From: Coriobacteriia bacterium | GTDB lineage: Bacteria; Actinomycetota; Coriobacteriia; Coriobacteriales; UBA8131 | Assembly (NCBI GenBank): GCA_009783085.1 | Contig: WRHU01000004.1 | Location: 76,380 to 140,379 of the forward strand | Reading direction: 5' to 3' | DNA: 64,000 bases | Shown: in pieces, positions 29,103-37,702 of the stretch | Layout of the letters: each line of letters starts with the position of its first letter | Numbering within the stretch: position 1 is the first letter of the stretch | Translations under genes and position numbers: made by a program | The notes under the pieces: generated by a model | What the model was told of the DNA's origin: nothing | The model's database searches: none | What the model saw: only the letters and a program-made list of their open reading frames with translations

Positions 29103-30869
29103 TTACTTGACAACAATCGTTACCGTTTTCTTGCCAGTTCCTTTTTTGTTCTTGGCAATAATGGTTACTTTGAATGTTCCTTTTTTGTGTCCTTTAGGAA
29201 TAGTGAGCCTGCCGCCTTTGTCAATTTTTACCTTAGTGCTACCCTTCTTTACTGAGATAGTAAAGTCACCGCCACCTTTTATGGGGAAATCTGCGTAGTC
29301 ATATCCGTATTTGGTATAGGCAGTTATCTTAGACTTACCGCCTACCTTTGGCTTGGTAGCCTTGACCTTTGTTTTGGTGCCACCAGGATTGCTGATGTCG
29401 TAATTGTTGTAGCCCTGTACAAACTTCGAGCTCCATGACGTGCACTTAATTTTAGCCACATAGTATCTGCCTTCGCGAGGGCTTGGCTTGCGGGCATCTT
29501 TTGCTTTATTGCCCGAAAACTTTACCGCCTTTGCAATGGTCAAATTCTTAAAGTAGTAGGAGTCCATGGCCAAACCGCCGCCGTTTCCTTTGGCAGTATT
29601 ATTTGAAATGATGCCACCATTAAGCTTGATTTTCTTGTCGGTGAAGCCAATGGCGAGACCGCCGCCGTCAGCACCGGTAGTTTTGTTGCCCGTAATAGTG
29701 CCACCGCTCATAGTAAATGTTGTAGAGGTACAGTAGATTCCACCACCATTTTTGCCGGCTGTATTGCCAGAAACAGTAGCCTTGTTAAAAGCAAACGTTG
29801 CACTTTGGCAATAAATGCCACCACCCCTACCGAAGGCTGTGCCGCTTCCTTTAGCGGTGTTATTTGAGATAGTACCACCTGTGATGCTAAAATTACCGTT
29901 AAATAAATCTATGCCGCCACCATCAAAGGCAGCAGTATTGCCAGATACCGTACCGCCTGACATCGTAAAAGTTGACCGTATGCTCAGTCCGCCGCCGTCG
30001 CCTGCAGAAGTGTTGTTTGAGATGGTACCGCCAGACAAAACAAGCGAACCACCACAGTAGGCACCAGCACCTTCTGAACCAGAGGTATTCCCTGTGATAG
30101 CACCACCAGACATACGAAAAGCACTATTGCCCGTTGTGCGAACACCAGCACCAGAACCGCTGCTCTTATTGCCCGAAATAGTGCCGCCTTGCAAGACAAA
30201 GGTGTTGGTGTTGTAGACGCCGCTATTTTTGCAGTTTATGACTTTTCCGCTTTTCATGGTAAAGATACCGTCATTCCAGATTCCATAGCCGGTTCCTGCA
30301 TTGGTTACCGTGACGCCATCGAGGACAAAGGTTCCGCCCGTATAAACATCAATAACCTCATATGCGCTGCCCGTTAATACAAAGTTTCCCTTGAGCGTAA
30401 TATTTTTGCCGTTGGTAATGGTAACTCGGTCTGAACCTACGAGGGAAATGTTCTGCGTTAATGTGATGACACGCGGTTGTGTTGCGTTGTTGACTGCATT
30501 GAGGAGTTCCGTAGCGTTTTTGACTGATACGGCATCCAGAGTCGTAATTGCCTTGGCAGCCACTGATTTTTCTTCAGAGCTAGCTGGGGCAACTTCTGCA
30601 GCCAAAGGCTCAATCGCCTCATCTTCCTCTACCGCATCCTCTGCGGCATCCTCTGCAGCAAAATCCTCGGCTTCGTCTGCTGCGTCCTCAGCAACAGCAG
30701 CTTCTGGAGCAACAAGCTCAAGAGGCTCTACGACCTCATCTGCAAAGGCACTTGCAGGAGCTGCTACACCAGTACACGCCAGTGCAATTGCCACAAAGAT
30801 AGCAAGTGCCCTCTTTTGCAAAGAGATGCTTGCTTTTGCAGCAGTTTTGTTTGATAACTTCTTGTACAT
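29103..30869 (-). CDS. Secreted Gly-rich beta-helix surface protein, paralogue 3
   Basis: SD GAAAGG, MYKK... signal peptide ending ASAFA-DE, an acidic Ala/Glu linker, beta-helix repeats and a Lys-rich C-terminus (YNNYDI motif shared with the paralogues). Confidence 0.8.
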   Translation of the reverse strand: MYKKLSNKTAAKASISLQKRALAIFVAIALACTGVAAPASAFADEVVEPLELVAPEAAVAEDAADEAEDFAAEDAAEDAVEEDEAIEPLAAEVAPASSEEKSVAAKAITTLDAVSVKNATELLNAVNNATQPRVITLTQNISLVGSDRVTITNGKNITLKGNFVLTGSAYEVIDVYTGGTFVLDGVTVTNAGTGYGIWNDGIFTMKSGKVINCKNSGVYNTNTFVLQGGTISGNKSSGSGAGVRTTGNSAFRMSGGAITGNTSGSEGAGAYCGGSLVLSGGTISNNTSAGDGGGLSIRSTFTMSGGTVSGNTAAFDGGGIDLFNGNFSITGGTISNNTAKGSGTAFGRGGGIYCQSATFAFNKATVSGNTAGKNGGGIYCTSTTFTMSGGTITGNKTTGADGGGLAIGFTDKKIKLNGGIISNNTAKGNGGGLAMDSYYFKNLTIAKAVKFSGNKAKDARKPSPREGRYYVAKIKCTSWSSKFVQGYNNYDISNPGGTKTKVKATKPKVGGKSKITAYTKYGYDYADFPIKGGGDFTISVKKGSTKVKIDKGGRLTIPKGHKKGTFKVTIIAKNKKGTGKKTVTIVVK

Positions 30870-31197
30870 GGTACTTCCTTTCGTTTTGGGCGCGCACAAA
30901 CACGAGCCACCTGTTTATGTTTTCTTGGATTTCAGACAGTTTTTCGAAAATGGGCTTCTACACATCTCTGACATGCTACTTGCAAACTTCCCACACACTT
31001 TTTGTTATTTCTCGACTATTATGTCACGTTTCTGTCCGAATTTCAAGACCCTACGTCAAATAAAACCCCCCGAAGTCGCGCGAGGTTGCATTTTTTTGAA
31101 TTTTTTTTGAGGTTATTGGGGTTTTGGGCTCTAGGTGGGGTTTTGCGGCAAAACAAGCAGAATGCCCCAACGTAACACCTCGTCAAAGGGCAAATAC

Positions 31198-31848
31198 TCA
31201 GCGAACAAAGGGGTCGTGCTGCTCTGATGCCTGCTTGCTCGTGTCCACATCAAACAAATAATCTAGCAGGTTTGTCCACCAGTTTGACTCTGCGGCAACT
31301 GAGCCAGGGGCAATCGCAGCAGGCAATACCGTTGAAGAATCAGAAAGCTCCAAACCCGTGATATTAACCACTTCCTCGCCCTTGCGAACCCAACCAAACT
31401 GCTCGCGCGCGCGATCTTCAATGCCTTCAGGTGTTTCAAGGCTGGCAATCTGGCTCTCGATTTTCTCGTTGCGGTCTAATACAGCTGCATATTCAGCCAT
31501 CTGCAAATCGTGCGCTCGGCTCGCCACATAATACTCGCGCAAAACTGGCTGCAACGTCAAAAAGGCAAAAACAAGGCAAAAAAGCAGGCCGGCTATGACA
31601 ATGAGCGCCTTAATGGAGCGATATTGAGGAGGCGGTGCTGCTTTTTCCTTTGCTGGCCGTGCGGTTTGCTTGCTTGATTTTGCTTTTTGTGTTTGTTGGG
31701 TGCTCGTTTTTGCCGATGAGCTTCGCTTGGCAGCAGGCGCCCGCACGGGAGCAGACCTGGCTGCAGACGCCCGCACGGGAGCAGACCCAGATGCGCCCTG
31801 CCGCGCGCTTGGTCTTGCCGTATTTGGTTGTCTATTGACCCTCGCCAT
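31198..31848 (-). CDS. Septum formation initiator (FtsB/DivIC family)
   Basis: Single TM, short coiled coil and the IEDRAREQFGWVRKGE motif. Confidence 0.8.
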   Translation of the reverse strand: MARVNRQPNTARPSARQGASGSAPVRASAARSAPVRAPAAKRSSSAKTSTQQTQKAKSSKQTARPAKEKAAPPPQYRSIKALIVIAGLLFCLVFAFLTLQPVLREYYVASRAHDLQMAEYAAVLDRNEKIESQIASLETPEGIEDRAREQFGWVRKGEEVVNITGLELSDSSTVLPAAIAPGSVAAESNWWTNLLDYLFDVDTSKQASEQHDPFVR

Positions 31849-31863
31849 GCAGAAGCTTCCCCG

Positions 31864-32481
31864 CTAGTCGTCCAAAGTTTCAATGCTGGGCTTGAGTATG
31901 CCGTAGCTACCGTCTTTACGACGATACATTACGCTCACCAGCCCGTCGGTCGCATCGCTGTACATAAAAAAGTCATGCCCGAGCAAGTCGATTTGCAAAA
32001 GAGCTTCTTCCTCGTTAAGAGCAATAAGGTCAACCTCTTTTATGCGAACAACTCGAGCCTCGTCCTCACCAACCGTAGTAACGTGCTCATCTAAAACGGG
32101 CAAAACGCTTGCAGGCGGGGCATCGCTGCCAACCACGTTTTCTTGAATCATTTCCTGCAGCTTTTTGCCGTGGTGACGGCGGTCAACAACACGGGTTTTA
32201 TACTTGCGAAGCTGACGCTCGACCTTTGCAGCTGCAATGTCGATGGCAGCATACATGTCTTCCTCAGCTTCTTCGGTTCGAATAATATGACCCTTGGTAT
32301 ACAAGGTGACCTCGGCAATGGCTGGATTGGGATTGGAGGGGTTTTTCTCTTTTCGTAAGACCACCTCTGCCGACATAGGACTAATATCAAACACTTTTAC
32401 GGAACTTCCGATTTTCTCCTCAACATAGGAGCGCAGTGCATCGCTTACCGTCATTTTACGACCGGTTACCGTGATTTCCAT
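31864..32481 (-). CDS. hpf: Ribosome hibernation promoting factor (long HPF/RaiA)
   Basis: MEITVTGRKM start, DMYAAID...KVERQLRKYK and a C-terminal EEALLQIDLLGHDFFMY domain. Confidence 0.95.
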   Translation of the reverse strand: MEITVTGRKMTVSDALRSYVEEKIGSSVKVFDISPMSAEVVLRKEKNPSNPNPAIAEVTLYTKGHIIRTEEAEEDMYAAIDIAAAKVERQLRKYKTRVVDRRHHGKKLQEMIQENVVGSDAPPASVLPVLDEHVTTVGEDEARVVRIKEVDLIALNEEEALLQIDLLGHDFFMYSDATDGLVSVMYRRKDGSYGILKPSIETLDD

Positions 32482-32723
32482 ATGAGTTCCTTCCTCGCGG
32501 TTTACAGGACTGTGGCGCGCCAACAGAGGTGTTTGCTCTGGTGGCGCAAGTGCTACGTTTCATGGTTTCGTTTTTCGTAGTTCCATGATAGCAAATTAAG
32601 GAGCAACACACACATTACGCTGCATTTTGAAACCATTTTGAAAGAATTGAAAATGAGAAAACTGGAGCCCCTTGCAGGGTGCGTAGCAAAAAGCGCAGTT
32701 TACAAGATGGCTTACGAGATAGC

Positions 32724-33488
32724 TTACGAGATATGCCCTAAGAAGTTTTTTGTGCGCTCATGGTGGGGGTGGTCAAAAACCTCCTCGGGACTTCCTTGTT
32801 CCACGATAACGCCTCCGTCCATAAAAATGACCCGGTCGGCCACGTCGCGGGCAAAACCCATCTCATGGGTAACTACCATCATGGTCATGCCACCTTGCGC
32901 AAGCTCGCGCATAACATCGAGCACGCCTCTTACCAGTTCGGGGTCAAGGGCAGAGGTTACCTCGTCAAAGAGCATGACGTGCGGATCCATTGCCAAGGCG
33001 CGCGCGATAGCAACACGCTGTTGTTGTCCGCCAGAAAGCTGGGCGGGCATATAATCTATGCGATCGCCGAGACCAACTTTTTTCAGCTGTTCTACGGCTA
33101 TGCGGTCAGACTCCTCTTTGGAACGCTTGAGCACTTTGCGCTGCGCAAGCATGACGTTGCCTTTGGCAGAAAGATGCGGAAACAGATTAAACGACTGAAA
33201 CACCATACCAACGTGTTCACGTATTTTGTTGATGTCGGTTTGGGGGTCGGTAATATTGGTATCCTCAAACCAAATGGTGCCCGAAGTTGGTTTTTCGAGT
33301 AAGTTGACGCAGCGCAAAAGGGTTGATTTCCCTGAACCAGAGGGCCCAAGAATACAGACCACCTCTCCCCGCTCAACCTCTAAATCAACGCCTTTAAGCA
33401 CCTCAAGCGTGCCAAAATACTTGTGCAGGTTTTCAATACGCACAACAGGTTTGTTGTTTTTATTTGCGCTGGTTGTACGAGGGCTCAT
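32724..33488 (-). CDS. Polar amino-acid ABC transporter ATP-binding protein (GlnQ-like)
   Basis: Motifs [28 protein letters not shown] and [11 protein letters not shown]. Confidence 0.95.
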   Translation of the reverse strand: MSPRTTSANKNNKPVVRIENLHKYFGTLEVLKGVDLEVERGEVVCILGPSGSGKSTLLRCVNLLEKPTSGTIWFEDTNITDPQTDINKIREHVGMVFQSFNLFPHLSAKGNVMLAQRKVLKRSKEESDRIAVEQLKKVGLGDRIDYMPAQLSGGQQQRVAIARALAMDPHVMLFDEVTSALDPELVRGVLDVMRELAQGGMTMMVVTHEMGFARDVADRVIFMDGGVIVEQGSPEEVFDHPHHERTKNFLGHIS

Positions 33489-34982
33489 CTATTCCCCACC
33501 CTCTTTCTTTGCGTTCTGTGCTTTCTTTACGTTCTGTGTGCTTTTGTTGCTCGGTGCATTTAGCGCATCTGAAGTATCCGGCGCGCCCGGCGGATTCGGC
33601 GCACCCAGCGCACCCAGCGCATCCGGCGCATCCGGCGCATTAGACTCGCTCGTAGAAAACAGGCCTACGCGCTTTTTCTTTTTGGCAGGCGGTTCAGAAG
33701 TGGTGCCGTCTGCAGCTGCAAGTTTTTTCTCAAAGTTTGCTATGACCTTAGTAAGCGGCAACGTAACCACCAGATAGTAACACGCAGCCACCACGTACGG
33801 TGTCATATTGCCCGAAACCGCCGCCATAGACTTCGCAAACATCATCATTTCCATAACGCCTACCGCAGCAAGCAGCGCAGTGTCTTTGTAGAGCAAAATA
33901 AACTCAGACGTTGCCGTAGGAATAACGCGTCTGACCGTCTGCGGAATGATGACCGAGAACATAGTCTGAACGCCATTCATGCCCAAAGACGCCGATGCTT
34001 CAAACTGTCCTTTATGGATAGACTGAATGCCCGCACGGAAAATCTCGGCAAGATAGGCGCTCGAATTAACCGCAAGTACAATAACACCCAAGAAGTAACT
34101 GTTAAACGACGCACCCGCTATTTGAATACCAATGATGACTATGTACATCTGTAAGAAAAGCGGCGTACCACGAATAACATTGACGTAAATACTTGCGAGA
34201 AAACGCAGTATGCCAAGGCGCGACATACGTAAAAATGCAAACCCAAGACCAAAGGGTATGGCGAGTGGGAAGCCGAGTAATACTAATCCCAGCGAGCGCA
34301 GCCACCCAAAGAACAAATTGGGGAATGCGGCAACAATAAGCTGCGGGTTAAAGAAAATCCTGAGAAACAGCACTGAGTTCCACGACTCAACCCACTTTTG
34401 TCCGTCAAGCCAAGTGATAATTCGGTCAACAAGCGTGGTGCCAATAACCGTAATAGTAGGGGAATCTGCAAGGGTTTGAATGGCCCCATTCTCGTCAACG
34501 TAGCTCCCGCCGACAACATACTCCCCACCTAAAGCAGGTAGCGCAACATTGTGAACCTCGACGCGAATAACATAGTCTGTTTCAATGAGCTCTCCAAAGG
34601 TGATAACTACACTTTCGCCGTCAAGCTCATAGCTCTGCTCAACTTCTATACGCTGAGCGGCGCGGCGCGGGTCTTCTTGATACAAAATGGTCGCCTGCAC
34701 ATTGGCATTATCGGCAAACGAGGAGCCCGCAGGAAAGGTGAGCGTGACGGAAGACACCGCCTCTCCCTCATCAACCTTTGCCTCCCACGTAACCCGCGTG
34801 GGTTGACCACCAACAACACTGTTGCCGCTGGCCTGATTGGACTTAGCGGTAGTGGTAGTAACCGTTAGTGCCTCTGCCGAGTAAGATGTGGCAAGCTGGA
34901 CACAAAAAGAGAGCACCACTGCAAAGGCAAGTAGTGTAAGGAGAGGTTTCCTCCACGCCTTTGCAGTGGTGCTTCGTTTCAT
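33489..34982 (-). CDS. Amino-acid ABC permease fused to a large N-terminal extracytoplasmic domain
   Basis: C-terminal HisM-type permease (RGTPL, AEIFRAGIQSIHKGQFEA); N-terminal signal-like segment plus ~170 aa beta-rich domain. Confidence 0.88.
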   Translation of the reverse strand: MKRSTTAKAWRKPLLTLLAFAVVLSFCVQLATSYSAEALTVTTTTAKSNQASGNSVVGGQPTRVTWEAKVDEGEAVSSVTLTFPAGSSFADNANVQATILYQEDPRRAAQRIEVEQSYELDGESVVITFGELIETDYVIRVEVHNVALPALGGEYVVGGSYVDENGAIQTLADSPTITVIGTTLVDRIITWLDGQKWVESWNSVLFLRIFFNPQLIVAAFPNLFFGWLRSLGLVLLGFPLAIPFGLGFAFLRMSRLGILRFLASIYVNVIRGTPLFLQMYIVIIGIQIAGASFNSYFLGVIVLAVNSSAYLAEIFRAGIQSIHKGQFEASASLGMNGVQTMFSVIIPQTVRRVIPTATSEFILLYKDTALLAAVGVMEMMMFAKSMAAVSGNMTPYVVAACYYLVVTLPLTKVIANFEKKLAAADGTTSEPPAKKKKRVGLFSTSESNAPDAPDALGALGAPNPPGAPDTSDALNAPSNKSTQNVKKAQNAKKEGGE

Positions 34983-35064
34983 CTTTTCGTGCCTACTTTC
35001 TCTCTGCCGTGTTTCAGGCAGTGTATTCTAGCCGTCTCGTTACGCCGAGCTATCTCTCAGTGCA

Positions 35065-35925
35065 TTAACGCAAAGAGGGCGGTGTAACGCCAGGGAAGTA
35101 CTTCAAGAAAATAAGGTCAAAGGTGCCGTCTGCCTTAAGGTCGAGCAATGCCTGATTAACAGCAGCCTCGAGTACCGGATTGTCCTTAGAAACAGCAAAA
35201 CCATATTGCTCGCCCGTTGGAACACTTTGAATAATCTCAAGCTCTCCTGCATACTGCTCAGCAACGTGCTCGGCAGCAACAGGCTCGTCATACACAACAG
35301 CCTCGGCGTCGCCTGCCAAAACCGCAGCAATAGCTTCACTCGTTTGATTGAAGGGTTTCAAAGTGATGCCAGGGATGTTTTCCTGCGCCCAGTCAGCACC
35401 GGTAGTTCCGCTCTGTGCGGCAATAACCATACCCTCAAGGTCAGAAGCATTCGTATAGGCCTTTGACTTGAGAGATACAATCGCTTGGTTTGAATCAAAA
35501 TACGGTGTGCAGAAGTTTACCAACTTTTTGCGCTCGTCGTTAATGGTAAAGGATGAAACACCGATGTCCATCTTGCTGCCAGCGGCAACTGATGCAATAA
35601 GTGAATCAAAGTTTTGGGGCGCAAGATACTCAACCTCAAGGTCAAGCTTTTTGCCAATTTCGAGCATAAGATCATACTCAAAGCCAGCGGGTTTTGCACC
35701 ATCCATAAAAATAAAGGGTGGATAATCGCAGTCAGAGCCAACGATGAGCTTGCCCTCTTTTACCAAAATCATCTCGGTAGGAGCAGCGTCGCCACCCGCA
35801 GCTTGCGCGTCGGCAGCATCGCCATCGGTTGCTTCCGGCGTGCCGCCACAACCTATCAGTGCCAAGCTCAAAGCCATAATAAGACTCGTTAGCACGACAA
35901 GAATGCTTTTCTTTTTCAACAACAT
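35065..35925 (-). CDS. Amino-acid ABC substrate-binding lipoprotein (SBP family 3)
   Basis: Lipobox LIGC; motifs DYPPF, GFEYDL, TINDERKK, FCTPYF and GEQYGFAV. Confidence 0.92.
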   Translation of the reverse strand: MLLKKKSILVVLTSLIMALSLALIGCGGTPEATDGDAADAQAAGGDAAPTEMILVKEGKLIVGSDCDYPPFIFMDGAKPAGFEYDLMLEIGKKLDLEVEYLAPQNFDSLIASVAAGSKMDIGVSSFTINDERKKLVNFCTPYFDSNQAIVSLKSKAYTNASDLEGMVIAAQSGTTGADWAQENIPGITLKPFNQTSEAIAAVLAGDAEAVVYDEPVAAEHVAEQYAGELEIIQSVPTGEQYGFAVSKDNPVLEAAVNQALLDLKADGTFDLIFLKYFPGVTPPSLR

Positions 35926-36145
35926 AAAACCCTCCTTTTACTCATACTCTCCTTGTTTATGGTTTCTGCGCCCATGCGCAGATTACACCCATTGTGGTAC
36001 TCGATGAATAGCTGTCGTCGAGCCCTCTGTACACCACTCGCAATTTTATACCATTTACGCCTCTCTTACACAGTAAAGCACAAAAGCGCTTGAAGCAGGG
36101 AGCGACGTTGAGCGCAAACGCCTGCCCTTAGCCTTAGTTCTGTTC

Positions 36146-37153
36146 TTAATTCTGCCCTTCATCCTCGGGCTCGCCGGCGTTTGTCGGATCGGGCAAATCA
36201 TCGCCCGTATCGACATCGCCAGGTGTCACGCCTTCTGGAGAAAGACCTAGTTCGGTGCTTTGCGCAATGATAGCCACTGAGCTTGCCACCACATTTGAAG
36301 AGATGGAACCCAGCCATTTCGCAAGAATGACGGAAAGCGTGCTGTCGTCTCGAATATTGATAAGCGCCTCGGTAAGGGCACCGGCAAGATCATCATTTTC
36401 AGCGGCAACGCCAAGGTATACGCCAATTTTCGAATCGGGAAGCAGCATGGCACAAGACACCGCACCATAGTTGCTCGACAAATACGAACCAGCAATGGCA
36501 TCGGCAGCAGCATACGCAGCGGAGCCATTCTCAACCATAGCAAAGGCATCTTCAATTCTGTCTGCCTCAATAAGAGCTTGCTCTCCAAAAGTGTTTTTGA
36601 CCGCCCAGGCAGAAAGCGAATCTTTTTGTGCGACTATTGACGTGCCGACAAGAATATCAAGATCAAGATCCGACGAGGTATTTTCATCAATGAGAGAAAA
36701 AATTGCTGGGCCACTTTCAAGGTAGGGACCAATCTCAATGCCCCTATCAAGTCTCACGCCACTTTCCTCAACGTCCATGACCATGTCAATATCACCTGCA
36801 ACAAAAAGCTCATCGGCTCTTTTGTCTGCTATGTCAACAAGCTCAAGTTTTAATCCGAGCTTGTCTGCAAGTGCAGCTGCAATATCAACATCAATGCCTA
36901 CAAGATTTCCTTTTGACAAACCAGCATACGGTGCGCGTCCGGAATCAACTCCTACTTTCAAGACGCCTTCGCTTTGAACAGCGGTTGGGGGCACCTTGGA
37001 TACCATGGTTACCGGCTTGGGGTCTGGCACCTCGTTGCAGCCAAAAAGCCCCAGTGGCAAAAAGCACAACACACACAACAATATAAGAGGCAGCGCCTGC
37101 ACTGATACTTTCTTTTGCTGCTGGCGTTGCGCCACATATCTAACCGTTGGCAT
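36146..37153 (-). CDS. Second, divergent SBP family 3 lipoprotein
   Basis: Lipobox LFGC; LKVGVD...PYAG and GIDVDIAAALADKLGL. Confidence 0.8.
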   Translation of the reverse strand: MPTVRYVAQRQQQKKVSVQALPLILLCVLCFLPLGLFGCNEVPDPKPVTMVSKVPPTAVQSEGVLKVGVDSGRAPYAGLSKGNLVGIDVDIAAALADKLGLKLELVDIADKRADELFVAGDIDMVMDVEESGVRLDRGIEIGPYLESGPAIFSLIDENTSSDLDLDILVGTSIVAQKDSLSAWAVKNTFGEQALIEADRIEDAFAMVENGSAAYAAADAIAGSYLSSNYGAVSCAMLLPDSKIGVYLGVAAENDDLAGALTEALINIRDDSTLSVILAKWLGSISSNVVASSVAIIAQSTELGLSPEGVTPGDVDTGDDLPDPTNAGEPEDEGQN

Positions 37154-37231
37154 AAAACCTACTTCCTCCCCCCACAAACTACTCGCTTAAATCGTTCTCG
37201 TGTTCTCATAAACCATATTCATATCTCAAGG

Positions 37232-37483
37232 CCCCTTCGGCTGACCTGGTCTTTGACCCCACACTCGCATACTGGAACGGTCGCTTGATACTATCTCACT
37301 ACTAGCTCTCTCGCCCGGGAAACGGGTGTTTCATCACAGGCGGTACGGCTTACCCCTAAGACGCGCCATGCTCATGTGCAGAAACCCGCACACTTACGTG
37401 GATCCTTTTGACCGCGTCTGCCATGGACTAAGAGCTGCAATACAAGGTTGATACACAGCTCCGCAACCACAGACCCGAAGGGA
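37232..37483 (-). ncRNA. raiA-motif RNA
   Basis: The minus strand carries, in order, blocks I recall as conserved in the raiA motif: GUGGUUG, GAUCCACGUAAG, UGAGCAUGG.GCG.CUUAG..GUAAG, GGCGAGAG..UAGUAGUGAGA and GCGAGUGUGGGGUCAAAGACCAGGUCA. It is closed by a terminal stem CCCUUCGG/CCGAAGGG. Recognised from memory, not from an Infernal run. Confidence 0.88.
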
Positions 37484-37493
37484 CAGACCTGTC

Positions 37494-37522
37494 ATTTTAG
37501 CAGCTTGACGGCATTTTGTCAC
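37494..37522 (-). promoter_or_regulatory. Putative sigma70 promoter of the raiA RNA
   Basis: Minus strand GTGACA-17 nt-TAAAAT, about 10 nt upstream of the RNA 5' stem. Confidence 0.65.
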
Positions 37523-37702
37523 CCCTTAGCCGCTACAAAACTGCGAGATTTTTGGCGATATATCGCGCCGAACCTTTGGGGAACCTTTTTATGGTGTGTT
37601 GCGCCGAGCTCTGGTCAAATCACGCCGAGCCTCGGTCAAATCGCGCCGATCCGCGCGACTGCCACGCATCTGACCACGCGCCGAGCCCTAGCCAATTTGC
37701 AC

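Noticed and set aside
31095-31112. T7 and T8 homopolymers upstream of paralogue 3 as a promoter phase switch
   Set aside because: They lie well upstream of the candidate TTGAAA-17-CATAAT promoter rather than in its spacer, and runs this short are unremarkable.
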